From Chloropicon primus (taxonomy: Eukaryota): DNA of 64,000 nt. Positions 51,115-63,517 of the stretch are shown here, piece after piece. Position numbers and translations under genes: made by a program. The stretch lies in the NCBI GenBank assembly GCA_023205875.1, contig CP060767.1, positions 496,001-560,000 of the forward strand, in the 5' to 3' direction. Below the pieces are notes generated by a model, which made no database searches, was not told the origin of the DNA, and was given only the letters and a program-made list of their open reading frames with translations. Numbering within the stretch: position 1 is the stretch's first letter; each line of letters starts with the position of its first letter.

Positions 51115-52062
51115 TCATTGCTGGAGAGAATCGCGCATGGTGTCCCGAAGCATATCCTGCTCCTCGATCCAGCACCTGGGCTCCACGCCAGTGGCCTCGA
51201 AAATCTTCTTCTCCAAAAACTGAAGCACGCCGGACCCGTCCAGGGCGTCGTTGCACAGGCCGCTGACGATGCAGTAGTTGTTCTCGAAGGGCTCCCTGTG
51301 GTGGCTGCTGTGGGCCTTCCTGCTGATCAAGAGCCCGGCCTCCTGCAGGTCGTTGACCAGGAAGGGGAGCTCCTGCTTCTTCATGTGGCTCCAAGAGTGG
51401 AACTGCTGGGCGAGGCAAATGAACGCGGAGAAGAGGGACCAGAACATCTGCCACTCGGGATGGTCCACGTCCGTCGCGCACAGCACCAGGAACGGCAGGG
51501 TGGGAATGCAAGTCTTGTACGTGTTGTTGCTGAACTCCCTCATGGTGATCGTCCATGGCTCACCGTGGTGGCCCTGGAACGCCGCGATCACGTTGCCAAG
51601 TATCGGGGTCTTCCCGCTCCCGTAGTTATCCACGCTCCAGTGGAAGATTCCGCTCCCGAGATCGCTCAGAACCCACGCGGCCAAGGCGCTGAGCGCCATC
51701 GCGGAGGCGTCGCCCGCAGAGTCCACCGTGGAGAGGGCCTCCGCCACGCATAGACCGGTCAGCCCGAAGCTCGCCGCGCATATGACTCTCTGACTCCCTG
51801 TGCTCTTGAACCCATCGTTCTCGATGATGAAGTTCGTGTTGCCCTCCATCCTCATCCTCCGCTTCTCCTCCCGGGAGAGGGAGAGGGACTTCTCCTCGAC
51901 CTCCGACACCATGACCTCCGCCCTCGTCCTCGTCCTCAACCACTTGTTCTGCACCCTCTTCCCCACAACATTCCCCTTGCAAAGCCTCCTGCTTGCAATG
52001 CCACCACCACACACACCCCTCCTCCCCCCATCCACGGAGTTCACCCCCATCCCCATCCCCAT
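51115..52062 (-). CDS. FAD4: FAD4/TMEM189-type lipid desaturase with a probable plastid transit peptide
   Basis: 'DLGSGIFHWSVDNYG', 'FQGHHGEPWTIT', 'QQFHSWSH', 'HSSHHREPFENNYCIVSG'. Confidence 0.85.
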   Translation of the reverse strand: MGMGMGVNSVDGGRRGVCGGGIASRRLCKGNVVGKRVQNKWLRTRTRAEVMVSEVEEKSLSLSREEKRRMRMEGNTNFIIENDGFKSTGSQRVICAASFGLTGLCVAEALSTVDSAGDASAMALSALAAWVLSDLGSGIFHWSVDNYGSGKTPILGNVIAAFQGHHGEPWTITMREFSNNTYKTCIPTLPFLVLCATDVDHPEWQMFWSLFSAFICLAQQFHSWSHMKKQELPFLVNDLQEAGLLISRKAHSSHHREPFENNYCIVSGLCNDALDGSGVLQFLEKKIFEATGVEPRCWIEEQDMLRDTMRDSLQQ

Positions 52063-52860
52063 CCCCCTCCCTCCTCGGTGGTCCGATCCCCCAAACTCTG
52101 GTCCGTGCTGCCGACCCCGAGCTCCAAACAATCCAAGTGAGGGCTCAATGGAAAGATCTCGAGGCGTGCCTTCCAACCCTCTCACCACTGACACCAATGC
52201 TCTTCTCCCCTCCGCAACAAGATGCCATCAAAACACCCACCCAAGACCGAACACAGCCTCCAGAGAGAAGAGATCTCCCTCTCTCTATCGTTCATTCTCA
52301 GCCTCAAAGACTTTGTTCTTCAAGAGACATTCCCTTTTATCTAGAGAACAACTCAATGCGTAACCACTCCCAACGAATGTATGGTACACGTTTTTGACGA
52401 TCTTCATTGTTCTTCCATAGACGTACCCCTAAAATGTTACAATACACTCTTGTGATAACGCCTATTATAGAATTTACAAAGCGTACACGTTTTTGACGAC
52501 ACTTTTGGTGGAAAATTCTTTTTGAATTTCGAGAGTCAAAGGGAACGACGGGAGGCGACGGGTGGCGGAGTCTTTGGTCTTTCTTGAGTTTTTTTAGGAC
52601 CCTGGAGGTGAAGAACGCTTCGAGGGAGGTGAATACTTAGAAGAGTCTCGTCGAGATCTTTCCAACGAGTGGTCGCACGAGGATTTTGACCCGAGGTAAC
52701 GCACTCTTTCGGACACGGAGGAGGTCAAGCCTGGGAAGCCTGCCTCGCATTGCATTCCTTCATTCCTTCGAGCAGCAGGCAAGCGGCCGGAGAGAGAGAG
52801 GGAAGGTTTCTCCTTTGCGTCGGTTACGTCGGTTACGTCGTGGCGGTGGTGGTGGTTTTT

Positions 52861-52894
<34 letters not shown>

Positions 52895-52902
52895 GGGACT
52901 TG

Positions 52903-54543
52903 ATGAAGGACGGGATGGAGGATAGCAGTCTGGCTGTGGCGCGTGCAGCATCGGATGAGACGGAGGTCGCGGTGAGGCCGGAGGACATTGAAGTGGTGGA
53001 CAACGGACAAGTGACGCCGGCTTCGAAACTTCGCAGGTTCAGTGGGATACTGGACTCCGCGGTGCGGACTTTCCTTTCGGGTTGCAGGTCACCCCTGAAC
53101 GCGGCGACGTTGACGCAGAGCACGCCGGGGGGGAGCGGTGACCAGGGACAGGTTGTGGACGGGGAGGGGACGAGTGAGGGTGCGCTGTTCAGTCCAGGGG
53201 CCGGGAGGAAGGACTCCTCGGGGGGGAGGAAGAGGCGCATACCTCTGTCGAGCATGAATAACGTGCAAGTGGTGGGCGGGGTGGGGAGGGCCGGGGAGGG
53301 AGAGGCCGGCGAGGGAGGCGAAGGGAACCACGCCACGGCGGTGGCCTCGGCGACGTCTAGCGCGGTGAAGATGAACAGCCCGGCTGCCTACGACCTCATC
53401 ACCTCGAGCCAGAGGAAGAAGTCGAAGAAGAAGAGGTTGAACGCCGGCGGCGCGGGCGAGTCCGAGAACGTCCTGCCAAGAAACCTGAACAAGGTGTTCA
53501 TGGACGAGGAGGCGGGCGGGCAGAGCGAGGTGCACGACGACAGGAACGGGACCCTTCCAGGCGTCGAGGAGGAGGACGGGGGCGCTGCGGAGGCGAATGA
53601 CGAGAAGGGGGAGGGCAAGAGAGGCGGAGGAGTCCTTAGCAACCTCCTCTTTTCCCCCATGTTCACGCTTCTGGGCCGCGGAAAGCAAGCTCAGGAGGGC
53701 GACCAGGAGCGCTACGCGGAGGACCAGGCCGCTGCCAACTTGAACTGCGAGGAGGGCTCCCTGGAAGCCGCGGTCGAGTCGAGCGACGAGGAGGACAGCG
53801 TCGACCTGGTGCCGATCAGGGACGAGTCCGACGAGGACGATAGCGAGGTGGACTACGACTACAGCCAGAGCTTTGACCCGTTCTACTTCATCAAGAACCT
53901 CCCCCCGTTGGAGCTCTGCGTCCCGGCCTACAGGGAGAACCTGTTGCCGAGGCAGACCAGGCAACAGAGGAACAAGAAGACCCTTGTCCTGGATTTGGAC
54001 GAGACCTTGGTCCACTCCAGCCTGGAGAACGAGCTCCCTTGCGACGGCATGGAGGAGCAGCTGAAGTACGACTTCACCTTCCCAGTCCACCTGGGAGACG
54101 AGAGGTACGATGTCTACGTCTACGTGAGACCAGGGGCCCTCGAGTTCTTGGAGAAAATGCAGGAGCTGTACGAGGTGGTGATCTTCACGGCCTCGCAGAA
54201 GATGTACGCCGAGAAGCTGCTGAACATCTTGGACCCCCAGAGACGATTCATCAGGCACCGCTTGTTCAGGGACAGCTGCGTCTTGGTGGAGGGCAACTAC
54301 TTGAAGGACCTGTCCATTATCGGCAGGGACCTCAAGGACACCATCATCGTGGACAACTCGCCCCAGGCGTTCGCTTTCCAGCTCAGTAACGGGATTCCCA
54401 TCGAGTCCTGGTTCGACGACCAGCAGGACAGGGAGCTCCTCAAGCTCATTCCTTTCCTCAAGAAGCTCACAAAGGTGGAGGACGTCAGGCCAAGTATCGT
54501 GAAGAGGTACAAACTTCACGATAAGGTTGCCAAGGCCTGCTGA
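52903..54543 (+). CDS. CTD small phosphatase-like (SCP/CTDSPL2, NIF family HAD)
   Basis: '[14 protein letters not shown]', 'VRPG', 'IFTAS', 'YLKDLS', 'IIVDNSP', 'NGIPIESW'. Confidence 0.92.
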   Translation: MKDGMEDSSLAVARAASDETEVAVRPEDIEVVDNGQVTPASKLRRFSGILDSAVRTFLSGCRSPLNAATLTQSTPGGSGDQGQVVDGEGTSEGALFSPGAGRKDSSGGRKRRIPLSSMNNVQVVGGVGRAGEGEAGEGGEGNHATAVASATSSAVKMNSPAAYDLITSSQRKKSKKKRLNAGGAGESENVLPRNLNKVFMDEEAGGQSEVHDDRNGTLPGVEEEDGGAAEANDEKGEGKRGGGVLSNLLFSPMFTLLGRGKQAQEGDQERYAEDQAAANLNCEEGSLEAAVESSDEEDSVDLVPIRDESDEDDSEVDYDYSQSFDPFYFIKNLPPLELCVPAYRENLLPRQTRQQRNKKTLVLDLDETLVHSSLENELPCDGMEEQLKYDFTFPVHLGDERYDVYVYVRPGALEFLEKMQELYEVVIFTASQKMYAEKLLNILDPQRRFIRHRLFRDSCVLVEGNYLKDLSIIGRDLKDTIIVDNSPQAFAFQLSNGIPIESWFDDQQDRELLKLIPFLKKLTKVEDVRPSIVKRYKLHDKVAKAC

Positions 54544-54667
54544 GAAACCGGCCGGCCTGAAGCGAGAACGGCAAAAGAAGGGGAGAAGGACAAGCCAAAC
54601 CGAATAAATAAAGCACAAACTAAAGGAGAATTCCGACAGACATTGTGTATCTTAACATCATTCATTT

Positions 54668-55974
54668 TTACCGATCAACCTCGGCACCAAGCTTTGAGAC
54701 AACCTCGGGGTGGAACCTCCCGTTGCTGCAGATGACACCCAGGCCCCCTGGCCGGAAGTGTGAGCACGGCGTCTTCCCGAGGAACAGCGGGTCCCCCCCG
54801 AGGTCTGAGACTGTTCCACCTGCCTCCGTCACGCAAAGAACTCCGCTCGCGTGATCCCACACCTTGAGGTCTTCTTTCCCTTTCACAGGGTGCTCGATGT
54901 AAAGGGAGCACAAGCCGAGAGCCACGGCAGCGTACTTGACGAGGGACCCACAGCAAGCTTTGAGGACTTTCTTTGGTTTCCTCCCTCGGTACGCCCGGCC
55001 GAGGAGCAGGGAATCATCGAAAAAGTCCTGGCTCTTCGACATCAGCAGGGTTGCCTCCTCGAATGTACGGCTCCCATCCACGCTCACCAGCTCACCGGGG
55101 TGAGAGGCGCCCACCCCTTCGCCGTCCTCGTCCACCGCCATTGCCACCGTTCCACGCCCTTTCTGTGCAGCGATGAGGATGCCTTGCCCACAAACCTCCT
55201 CCTCGTCCAAATCACACTTCGCCCAGTTTGGTAAACCCATCACCCCAACCACGGGTTGCCCTTCTTCGACGAGGCACAGGCCGATCACGTATTGGTCGGC
55301 CAAGTTGGGTGACACGAGCCCTTTCGTGCCGTCGATGGGGTCCAGTATCCACCACCGCTGCTTCCTCGCGTCGTCCTCGTCCTCCGCTTCCGTCGTCGTC
55401 GTCGTCTCTGTGGGGGTTGGGGTTGGCACGACAGAATTCACGAGCTTGCCGACTTCAGTGGCATCGAATTCCATGTTCCCAGCATCCTCCTCCGCTATGA
55501 GAGGCGTCCCGTCTGAGAGGAGGCCCTTCTCGCTGAGCAAGGACAGCGAACGAGGAAGAGAAACTCGTCAGCCGACCAAAGGTTCGAAGGTCACCGCGAA
55601 GACGTGAGGAGGACTGGTAATTCGGAAGCATACCTTAACTCTTGCTCTATCAGGGACTGAATCGCATAATCAGCGATAGTGACGGGCGAAAGGTCGTCCT
55701 TCACCGCCTTGCCACCGCTTCCTCCGGCGAGTTCACTCATCCTCATGCCGAGGACACAAGCCTTTCGCACGGCCTCGATTGCCACCTGGGCCGCCTTATC
55801 TCTATAATCCGCACCCTCTCGAGCGTCCTCGCAACAACAAGGCCGATGAAAATGCCTTGGAATGACCTCGGCCTCCCTTCCTCCCGCCCTTCGAGGTGTA
55901 GCCCCCCTCCAGTGCCCCCGATCCTTCCAGGTCTGCCACCTCTCGAGTCCTTCCACTCTGCACAGCATCCTCAT
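54668..55974 (-). CDS. 3'(2'),5'-bisphosphate nucleotidase (SAL1/AHL-like, inositol monophosphatase family); exons 55634-55974 and 54668-55532
   Basis: 'KDDLSPVTIADY', 'IAEED', 'WILDPIDGTKG', 'WDHASG...EAGGTVSD'. GT-AG intron at 55533-55633. Confidence 0.85.
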
Positions 55975-56629
55975 CCCTCCGCCGTTTCTTCCAAGGAAGG
56001 AGTCGTTCGAAAAAAAATGAGATTATGCGTGTGATGATGATCACGCCGCCATCTTCTTCTTCTTCCCTCCTCTCCCTTCCCTCTCTCTCTCTCTCTCTCC
56101 ACGACACGACACGACGAGGCCGAGGTCCTGGAGATTTTGGATAACGCTGCAGAAGAGAGAGAGAGAGAGAGAGAGAGAAGGATCGCATCGCGAGGAGGGG
56201 TGAGAGGGGTGTGGAGGGGAGGTTATCAGGCGGAAGGATCGTCTCTTCCTCTTTCGAATGAGCATCCTCTCGTGTGTGACTCCACCTGACATTGGGGTTG
56301 GCTTCATCGATCCTAAACTGCAGCACAGACAATGAAGAGGATGGATTGTCACAGGGATAAAAGACTCGAGTAATCTCCTTCTCCTTCTCCTGTTGATGAT
56401 GAGGTGATGGTCTCCTCGTTTGGAAAGCAAAGAGTGTCCACCACCAGCACGAACTTGGTCTCCTTGAGCTGTGCTCCATCAAGGCCTCGGTCCAGAGGAA
56501 GGATCCTTCCTTCCTAGTGACGCCATCCTGAGTCAGAATTCCTGACTGCCTTTTGTGACGCCCAAACGGCCATTGGCTGGTGGATCGTTCCAACTGCAAG
56601 CCGCCGGACAACCCCAAGAGAACCCAGGA

Positions 56630-57160
56630 CGGTGATGCTGCTGCTGCTGGTGACGATCGTGATGGTGATGGGTGACGATGCTCGTGCTGGCGATGGATGG
56701 CCGCGGGCCCTCTCGAGGACGAGGACAAGGATGAGTTGGCAGTGTCAAGGGCAAGTGATGCTGGTGTTTGTGGTCGTGAGCTTGCTTGGTGGTGGTGGTG
56801 GTGGTGATGATGGTGATGGTGATGGTGATGGTGATGGTGATGATGATGGGTGACGATGCTCGTGCTGGCGATGGATGGCCGCGGGCCCTCTCCTCTCCTC
56901 TCTCGAGGACGAGGACAAGGACAAGGATGAGTTGGCAGTGTCAAGGGCAAGTGATGCTGGTGTTTGTGGTCGTGAGCTTGCTTGGTGGTGGTGGTGGTGA
57001 TGATGATGGTGATGGTGATGGTGATGGTGATGGTGATGGTGATGATGATGGGTGACGATGCTCGTGCTGGCGATGGATGGCGGGCCCTCTCCTCTCCTCT
57101 CTCGAGGACGAGGACAAGGACAAGGATGAGTTGGCAAGGGCAAGGGCAAGGGCAAGGGTT
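56630..57160. repeat. Tandem repeat, ~3 copies (periods 178 and 202 bp), with embedded (GGTGAT)n microsatellites
   Basis: GGTGACGATGCTCGTGCTGGCGATGGATGG at 56671, 56849 and 57051. Confidence 0.9.
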
Positions 57161-57844
57161 AAACTCAGATTCTGCAGTGTCAAGTGAATATTTGCATTCA
57201 CCTATTAAGTGCTAACAGACAAAAGAAAAACAGAATATTTCGAACAGAATCCAATTCAACCGATGAGCCTCTTGCGCGTCCACAGGTTCCTTCCTCAAGG
57301 TACCTCAAGGGTTTAGGGTTTATGGATGGATGCTTAGAGCCACACGAATCGGTCATCACATTGTGCTCACTCGCTTGACTGGACCTCTTTGCTCGACTCA
57401 AGTGCCTCTTTGTTTTTAGGTAGCTTACTGGTATATTCACCTCTACCCTTTGTCCCCCTTTGTCCCCCTCTCCTCCTCTCCTCCTTGGAGTCCGTGAGGT
57501 TTGCGGCCAAGCAACACGAGAACGAGGGTGAGAGACACCAAGGGAAGGAGACGGAGACACACGGGAACAGCCCTAGTGTTGCCTTGACTCGACTCGCTTG
57601 CTCCACTCTTCATTGTAGTATTCTCTCTCATCTGGTGGGTGCCAAGGTTGAGTCTTGGTTCAAGGGAAGGAGTCCTAGAAGGTAAGAGGGACGACACCGT
57701 TGTGCTCCATTGGTTTCTCTTCACTCGGTTTCTCACCGGCTCGCTCACTGACTTAACTTGGCCATCTCTGTCTCAGTGAGGACGACTTTCAAGGATGGTG
57801 AAGTGAAAGGGTTCTGGTAGGACGGAAGGAGGGTACTCTGGAGC

Positions 57845-58774
57845 ATGAACCAAGTACCACAAGTTTCCCATCAGGAGTTCAAGGACACCTATGAGCTCAA
57901 AGATATCTTGGACAGGGGGACCTTCTCCTTGGTGCGCAAGGCGGTGGTGCGGAGCACCAACGAGCTCGTGGCAGTAAAGATCGTGGACACGTCCAACTTT
58001 CCTGGAGCGGAAGGGGTGGTCCAGCGTGAGCTCGAGGCTCTCATGGTGGTCCAGCATCCCAACTGCATACAGATGCGAGCGTACTGCCGAAACTCGAACT
58101 ATGTGTACATCGTGGTCAACCTCGCCAGGGGAGAGGTCCTGGTGGATTGGTTGCAAGAGAAGCGGCAATGCACAGAGCTGGAGACTGCCATCATTGTCCA
58201 TGGGATCCTTCAAGGTGTTTTCTATCTTCACTCGAACAACATCGTTCACAGGGACCTCAAGCTGGACAACCTCATGTTTGAGTCTCCGGGGGACATCAAT
58301 TCTCTTAAGATACTGGACTTTGGTTTCAGCAAGGTCTTGCAAGGGACAGGGGACATCCTGCAGACTATCTGTGGGTCGCCTCAGTACATAGCTCCCGAGA
58401 TATTGAACATCACTACGTCTGGGATGAACCAGCCGATACCCTACACGCAGGCGGTCGACTTGTGGAGCATCGGGGTGATCATGTACATGCTTATAGCCGG
58501 GTACGCCCCGTTCGACGAGGACAACGAGATGAAGATGTACCACAAGATCATTAAGGGAGAGTTTTCCTTCCCCTCCGACCCGTGGGACAACGTCTCCAAC
58601 CAGGCCAAGGAGCTCATCTACGGCCTGCTGAACGTGGATCCCATGAGGAGGATGACGGTCCCGCAAGCTATTGCCTCGCCTTTTATCACAAAGTACGCGA
58701 GGCTTTACACGAACGTGCCAAACAGCAGCAGTGGCAGCGCTTCTACCATCCCACAGAGACTCAAGACGACATGA
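57845..58774 (+). CDS. CaMK-group Ser/Thr protein kinase
   Basis: 'RGTFSLV', 'VAVKI', 'HRDLKLDN', 'DFGFS', 'CGSPQYIAPE', 'DLWSIG'. Confidence 0.92.
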   Translation: MNQVPQVSHQEFKDTYELKDILDRGTFSLVRKAVVRSTNELVAVKIVDTSNFPGAEGVVQRELEALMVVQHPNCIQMRAYCRNSNYVYIVVNLARGEVLVDWLQEKRQCTELETAIIVHGILQGVFYLHSNNIVHRDLKLDNLMFESPGDINSLKILDFGFSKVLQGTGDILQTICGSPQYIAPEILNITTSGMNQPIPYTQAVDLWSIGVIMYMLIAGYAPFDEDNEMKMYHKIIKGEFSFPSDPWDNVSNQAKELIYGLLNVDPMRRMTVPQAIASPFITKYARLYTNVPNSSSGSASTIPQRLKTT

Positions 58775-59341
58775 GCCAGGAACGACGGAGCGAACAATTG
58801 CTGTACGTTCGAAGCAACGGAGAGAGAGAGAGGGAGGGAGGGAGAGAGCCATATAAACTGGGATGACATTCGTATACTCCTCTGTGCTATACTATAATAG
58901 TTTTCACCTGCCAGGACTGATGCATATCCTCCTCGTACCATGCCACGCTCCTGCTGGCTTTTGAGTCTTCCCTTCGGTAATCGTGATGCAAGATTCTGCC
59001 AAGCTTCAAGCTTGAGCCAACAGAAGACAGGCCTTGCCTCTTCTCCTCATCATCGACGCCGCCGCCGCCGACACGAGACCGCCTCGTGCGTTACGAAGCA
59101 AGCCAGCGGAAATCCATTCATTCCTTGATCCATCGAAAGCGATGGAGAGCAAGCAAGAGTCCTTCCTGATCCTCCTCCCTCCAGTTCCCTCGGCCCTCGC
59201 CATCACCATCACTCAAGATCTCCTCGAAAACGTCATCCAGAATCCAAGGCGGAGCAGCGCCGAAGCAGCGCGCGAGAGAGACGGACACGCGAGACAAGGT
59301 AGAGGGCGAGGCGGAGGTGGAGGACCCTCCCCTCAGTCGGG

Positions 59342-61369
59342 ATGATGCCGAGGACCAAGACCCTTCACGGGTGCCGCACTTTTGTCCGACGCTTCGCAAC
59401 GAGGAGGGAAGGAGCAACGTCATCATCATCGTCATCATCGTCGTCGTCTACGCCATGGGCAACGTCATCCCTGTCGTCGAGGTGGAGACGCGTTGAGGCG
59501 CGAGTGTTTGTTGTGGAGGGGGATGAGGGAAGCGCGAGGGTGAGAGCGAGGGCGACGACGAGTGTCGAGGAAGCGAGCACAAGCGCAAGGTTCACTGAGG
59601 TTCTGCTGGACCCGAGGAACGAGGTAAGCGACCGACAGGAGCAGACCCAGCCTCAAGGGAAGGAGGAAGAGACAGAGACCACTCCGTTCCGCTCGGGTGT
59701 CAGGTGGATGTCTCGGCATTTCGCGAGGCTTGGCCGTCTCTTCCTTCGCCTGGTCTCTGGTTTCGAAGCAACGTAACGTCCTGACTTTCGTCCTCGCCGT
59801 CCTCGTGGTGTTCAGTGCGAGTTCCCTGTGACTCTGCCAGAAGGTTTGAGGAAGAGGGAGGTGGAACTCCTGGTGCGTACCTTGGCTCAGAGCGAGGAGG
59901 ATGCGATATGGCCGAGGGCAGAGCTCCTGGTGGATTGCTTGGAGGGTGGCAAGAGTTCTAAAACATTTGTGGATTCTTGGATGTACACGGAGGTGCTGCG
60001 ATGTTATCGGAAGAGGGGCAAGGCATCGAAGGCTTACGTGTTGTACGAGAAGGCACTGGACCGACGGCCAAAGCTCCGCTTGGACTCACACTTTTACGCG
60101 GAGGCCATGCTAGCGCTCTCCAAGGGCTCGCGGGACGAAGCAGCCAAGGCAGAACTCGTTTGGAACCACCTGCTCAGGAGAAGCAACCACGAGCTCTTGT
60201 CCAAGTACGCTCTAACTGCTTTCTTGTGCTGTTGCGCCAAGTCTGGGGACTGGAAGAGAGCTCTTAGGGCCTTTCACAGCGACTTTTTCTTGTTTCAGAG
60301 CACTGGGAGTGCCGCAAGGGAGAGGAGGAAGCTGCCCGACGTCGTTGCGTGCACCGCTTTGATGAAGGCGCTCAAAGTGGGCGGGCAGTGGAAGAAGGGG
60401 GAGGAGCTCCTGCAGTGGATGTACGACAATGGGATCAATCCGAACCCATACACGTACGGAGAACTTTTTGTGTTGCTTGGGGAGTGCAACAAGTGGGAAC
60501 TGGTGATGTCGCACTATTACGAGCTGACCCACCGAGGGTCGGGCGACCCACCGCTGCAGCAGAACCAGAGGGTCCTGCCGGAGCCGAACATGCACGTGTT
60601 TTCCGCCACGATGAATGCCTTGGGCCAGGCAGGAAAGTACGACCTCTGCCAGGAAGTCTTGCAGAAGATGATCGAGTCGGGGAAGAAGCCCAACGCGATG
60701 GTGCTGGTGTCCCTCTTGTCCATTTACGAGAAGAACCACGAAGGGTACAGGGCTCTGCAGGTTTTTCGCTACGTGCAAAACGCAAAGTGCACGAGGATGA
60801 ACATCTTTGTCTACAACGTCCTTCTGTCCGCACTGAGCAAGTCGGAGGCCGCGGACAAAGCGAGGGAGGTGTTCGAAGAGATTTTGCGAGCGGAGGGGGG
60901 CATCGCACCGGACCGGGTCAGTTACGAGACCCTGATCGCAGCGTACGCTCATGTGGGCGACTATTCCAAAGCGAACGAGGTGTTCAAGGAGATGAGAACC
61001 AAGGGTTTCGTCCCCACGGACTACGCTTATGCCGGGAGAATCAAGGCCTACGCGAAGAACAACATGTGGAGGGAGTGCGTGCTCATCCTCAAGGAGGTGG
61101 AGGAAGAGCAGGGTATACAGCCCTCTGTTCACATCTACAACGCCGTCTTGCAGGCTTGCTTTGTCACGAAGAAGTGGGAGCTCGCATTGAAGCTCTTCGC
61201 GAGAATGGAGGAGAAGGGCATAGAGCCCAACAGAGCGACGAAGGCTTTGCTGAGCAAGATCTGCCACGACGGGATCGAGTCCTGCGAGGACAAGCAGAGG
61301 CAGGCCGTCCTCGCTTCGGCCATAGCAGCAGCAGCGGGGGCCCTCGCCATCCGAACCGGGGTGTTCTAA
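59342..61369 (+). CDS. Pentatricopeptide repeat protein, probably plastid-targeted (exons 59342-59623, 59816-61369)
   Basis: P-type PPR motifs such as 'PDRVSYETLIAAYAHVGDYSKANEVFKEMRTKGFVP'. In-phase GT-AG intron at 59624-59815. Ser/Arg-rich N-terminus. Confidence 0.85.
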
Positions 61370-61493
61370 ACCATCACGTTCTTTTGGGTTTCTTTTTATA
61401 TTACAAGCACAAGATCTATCTTCCTCCAGGTGATGGACGATGATATATTATTCCAGTTCGATCAGATTCTCCGTCGTCGTCGGACGATTCTCT

Positions 61494-63077
61494 CTACCAG
61501 CCACCGCTCTTTGCGCTCTGCTGCTGCCTCGCCGGGGCGTTGAGCTCCGAGCAGATGGACTTGAGCTTGCTTATGTGGTTCGAGTAGTAATCCAAGTAGT
61601 TCCTCTGGATCTTGACATCGCCGATCTGGACCGTCTCCTCCCCAGTCTCCCCGTCGACGTCGACCATGAAGTCGGTGGCGCCGGAAGAGGACGTCTTGTG
61701 TTTGAGGCACATCAAAAGCGTGAGAAGCTGCTCCGTTCCGCTTCCCATCAAGTCCGCCAGCTTGGAGACAGAAATCGAGGTGTACAGCTTGAGGTACTGC
61801 TTCAGCACAGGAAGCTGGTTCTGCTGCTGGATCTCCGTGAGGAACATCTTGAGCTGAAGCTTGTAGGCCTCGCTGCTGATGTTGGCGGATGGGTTGCTGT
61901 AGTCCGGCAAGGAGGGCGTGATGAACTTTGGGCAAGCGTAGGTGAAGAGCTCGTCGAAGACAGGGAGCTCGCTCCTCGTCATCTTGGACAGCTTCTCCGC
62001 GTGCTTCTCCCTCAAGTTCGTCTGCACGTTCTCCTCCAGGGACTTGGTTCCGGCTGGGCACAAAGCGACCGCCAAGGCGAGCAGGGCGTACATCTGCTCC
62101 ATCTTCTGCAAGATCTGGTCGTAGCCACTGCTCCTACTGTGGTACTGCTTGATCCTCGCGATGAACACCAGGCCCTGGTTGAACACCTTGATGGCGTCGA
62201 GGTACCTTCGCATCATGAGGTAGCAGAATCCGGTGTAGTAGCTCGCGCTGATGTGGCACAAGGTTACCTTGGTGTAAAGCCCGGTCTTGTTGTGCAAGTC
62301 CAGCGGCTCCATCGCCTGGAGACCTCCGCAGTAGTCGCCCAAAATGCAGTGCACCCTGAGAAGTCCAACCCTCGCAAAGTACCCCAAAACCTTCAAGCAG
62401 TTGCTCCCCCTTCCGTTCCTGGCATCCACGTACCCCTCGGTCTCCGCCAATGCCTTTCCTCCATCCCTCTTCAACTCCGCCACAATGTCACTCTTGTCCA
62501 CGAACGTCTGCAAGTAGTTCAGCACAGCAAGCGGGGACCACACCTCTCCGCACTGCTTCAGTCCCTCAATCTCCTCCGGCGTCCTTTGGTACAACTTGGC
62601 TCGGTACTGGCAAAAGCTCTGGAACTGATAGATGAATTCATCAATCATCTGCCACAACCATCCATTAGGCAGCTGCATGTTCACGTTCCTGTTCAAGATG
62701 ATCCCAAACAACGAGCAGTAGGTTTCCCAACTCTGGATCCTTTGGTCCAAGCTCGGCGTTAACTTGGCATACAAGTGCCTGAAGTACATCTCCTTGTAAA
62801 GCAAACAGAACACGTGGTCATTGTCCACGTACTCCGCAATCGCTTCCGCGGCAGGCCACGGCGTCGTCTTGAAGTACCTCTCACTGAGTTTATGAAAACT
62901 CGAATCGAACATGGAATATATCTCATAAATGTTCCTCTCTCTGATGTGCCTATAAAAGTAAACCACAAACTGCTTCACGAGGTCAGGCACCTCACCTCCT
63001 CGAAACCTTTCCATCTTCCCTCTCACTTCCTCGTCCTCCTCCTCGTCGTCTTCGTCGTCGTCGTCGATCGGTTTCAC
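61494..63077 (-). CDS. EIF3L: Eukaryotic translation initiation factor 3 subunit L
   Basis: 'FCLLYKEMYFRHLY', 'LPNGWLWQMIDEFIYQFQSFCQY', 'LGYFARVGLLRVHCILGDY', 'ACPKF', 'YLKLYTSI'. The start is uncertain (first ATG at 63014). Confidence 0.92.
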   Translation of the reverse strand: MKPIDDDDEDDEEEDEEVRGKMERFRGGEVPDLVKQFVVYFYRHIRERNIYEIYSMFDSSFHKLSERYFKTTPWPAAEAIAEYVDNDHVFCLLYKEMYFRHLYAKLTPSLDQRIQSWETYCSLFGIILNRNVNMQLPNGWLWQMIDEFIYQFQSFCQYRAKLYQRTPEEIEGLKQCGEVWSPLAVLNYLQTFVDKSDIVAELKRDGGKALAETEGYVDARNGRGSNCLKVLGYFARVGLLRVHCILGDYCGGLQAMEPLDLHNKTGLYTKVTLCHISASYYTGFCYLMMRRYLDAIKVFNQGLVFIARIKQYHSRSSGYDQILQKMEQMYALLALAVALCPAGTKSLEENVQTNLREKHAEKLSKMTRSELPVFDELFTYACPKFITPSLPDYSNPSANISSEAYKLQLKMFLTEIQQQNQLPVLKQYLKLYTSISVSKLADLMGSGTEQLLTLLMCLKHKTSSSGATDFMVDVDGETGEETVQIGDVKIQRNYLDYYSNHISKLKSICSELNAPARQQQSAKSGGW

Positions 63078-63204
63078 GCGACGCGCGGCGCTCCTTTGGC
63101 TCTCTCTTTCGCTTCGAGCGCTCGCCGCCGCCGTCTACAAAAAAGTGTAAAACAACATACAAGACACCCAGAACACAAACCTCAAAAATCATTAACGCCC
63201 GAGT

Positions 63205-63251
<47 letters not shown>

Positions 63252-63517
63252 GTTCGGCTTTCGATGGGGGTTATTGCTTGGAGAGGCACTGGCATTCTTT
63301 CGTTCTTTCTAGCGTTGCTTCTAGGCCTGCACGTTGGAGGCTTGCCTTCCTGGGCGGCATGGCTTCATTATTCTAGGCCTGCACTTTAGAACATAACGCT
63401 TTATCTGGCGGGGAGGGAGAGGAGGAGGGGAGCCCTTGTGTTGCTTGGTGAGTTTTTTGACGGCCGGCCGGGGTGGTCGAATCGAGCGAGTACTCCTCTG
63501 CTCCTTCTGCTGCGAAC

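Noticed and set aside
52384..52500. GTACACGTTTTTGACGA repeated at a 99-bp spacing in an AT-rich divergent intergenic region
   Set aside because: There are only two short copies. It could be a promoter motif but cannot be supported further.
55802..57215. Poly-His and poly-SP ORFs
   Set aside because: They are translations of (GGTGAT)n microsatellites within a tandem repeat, with no domain evidence.
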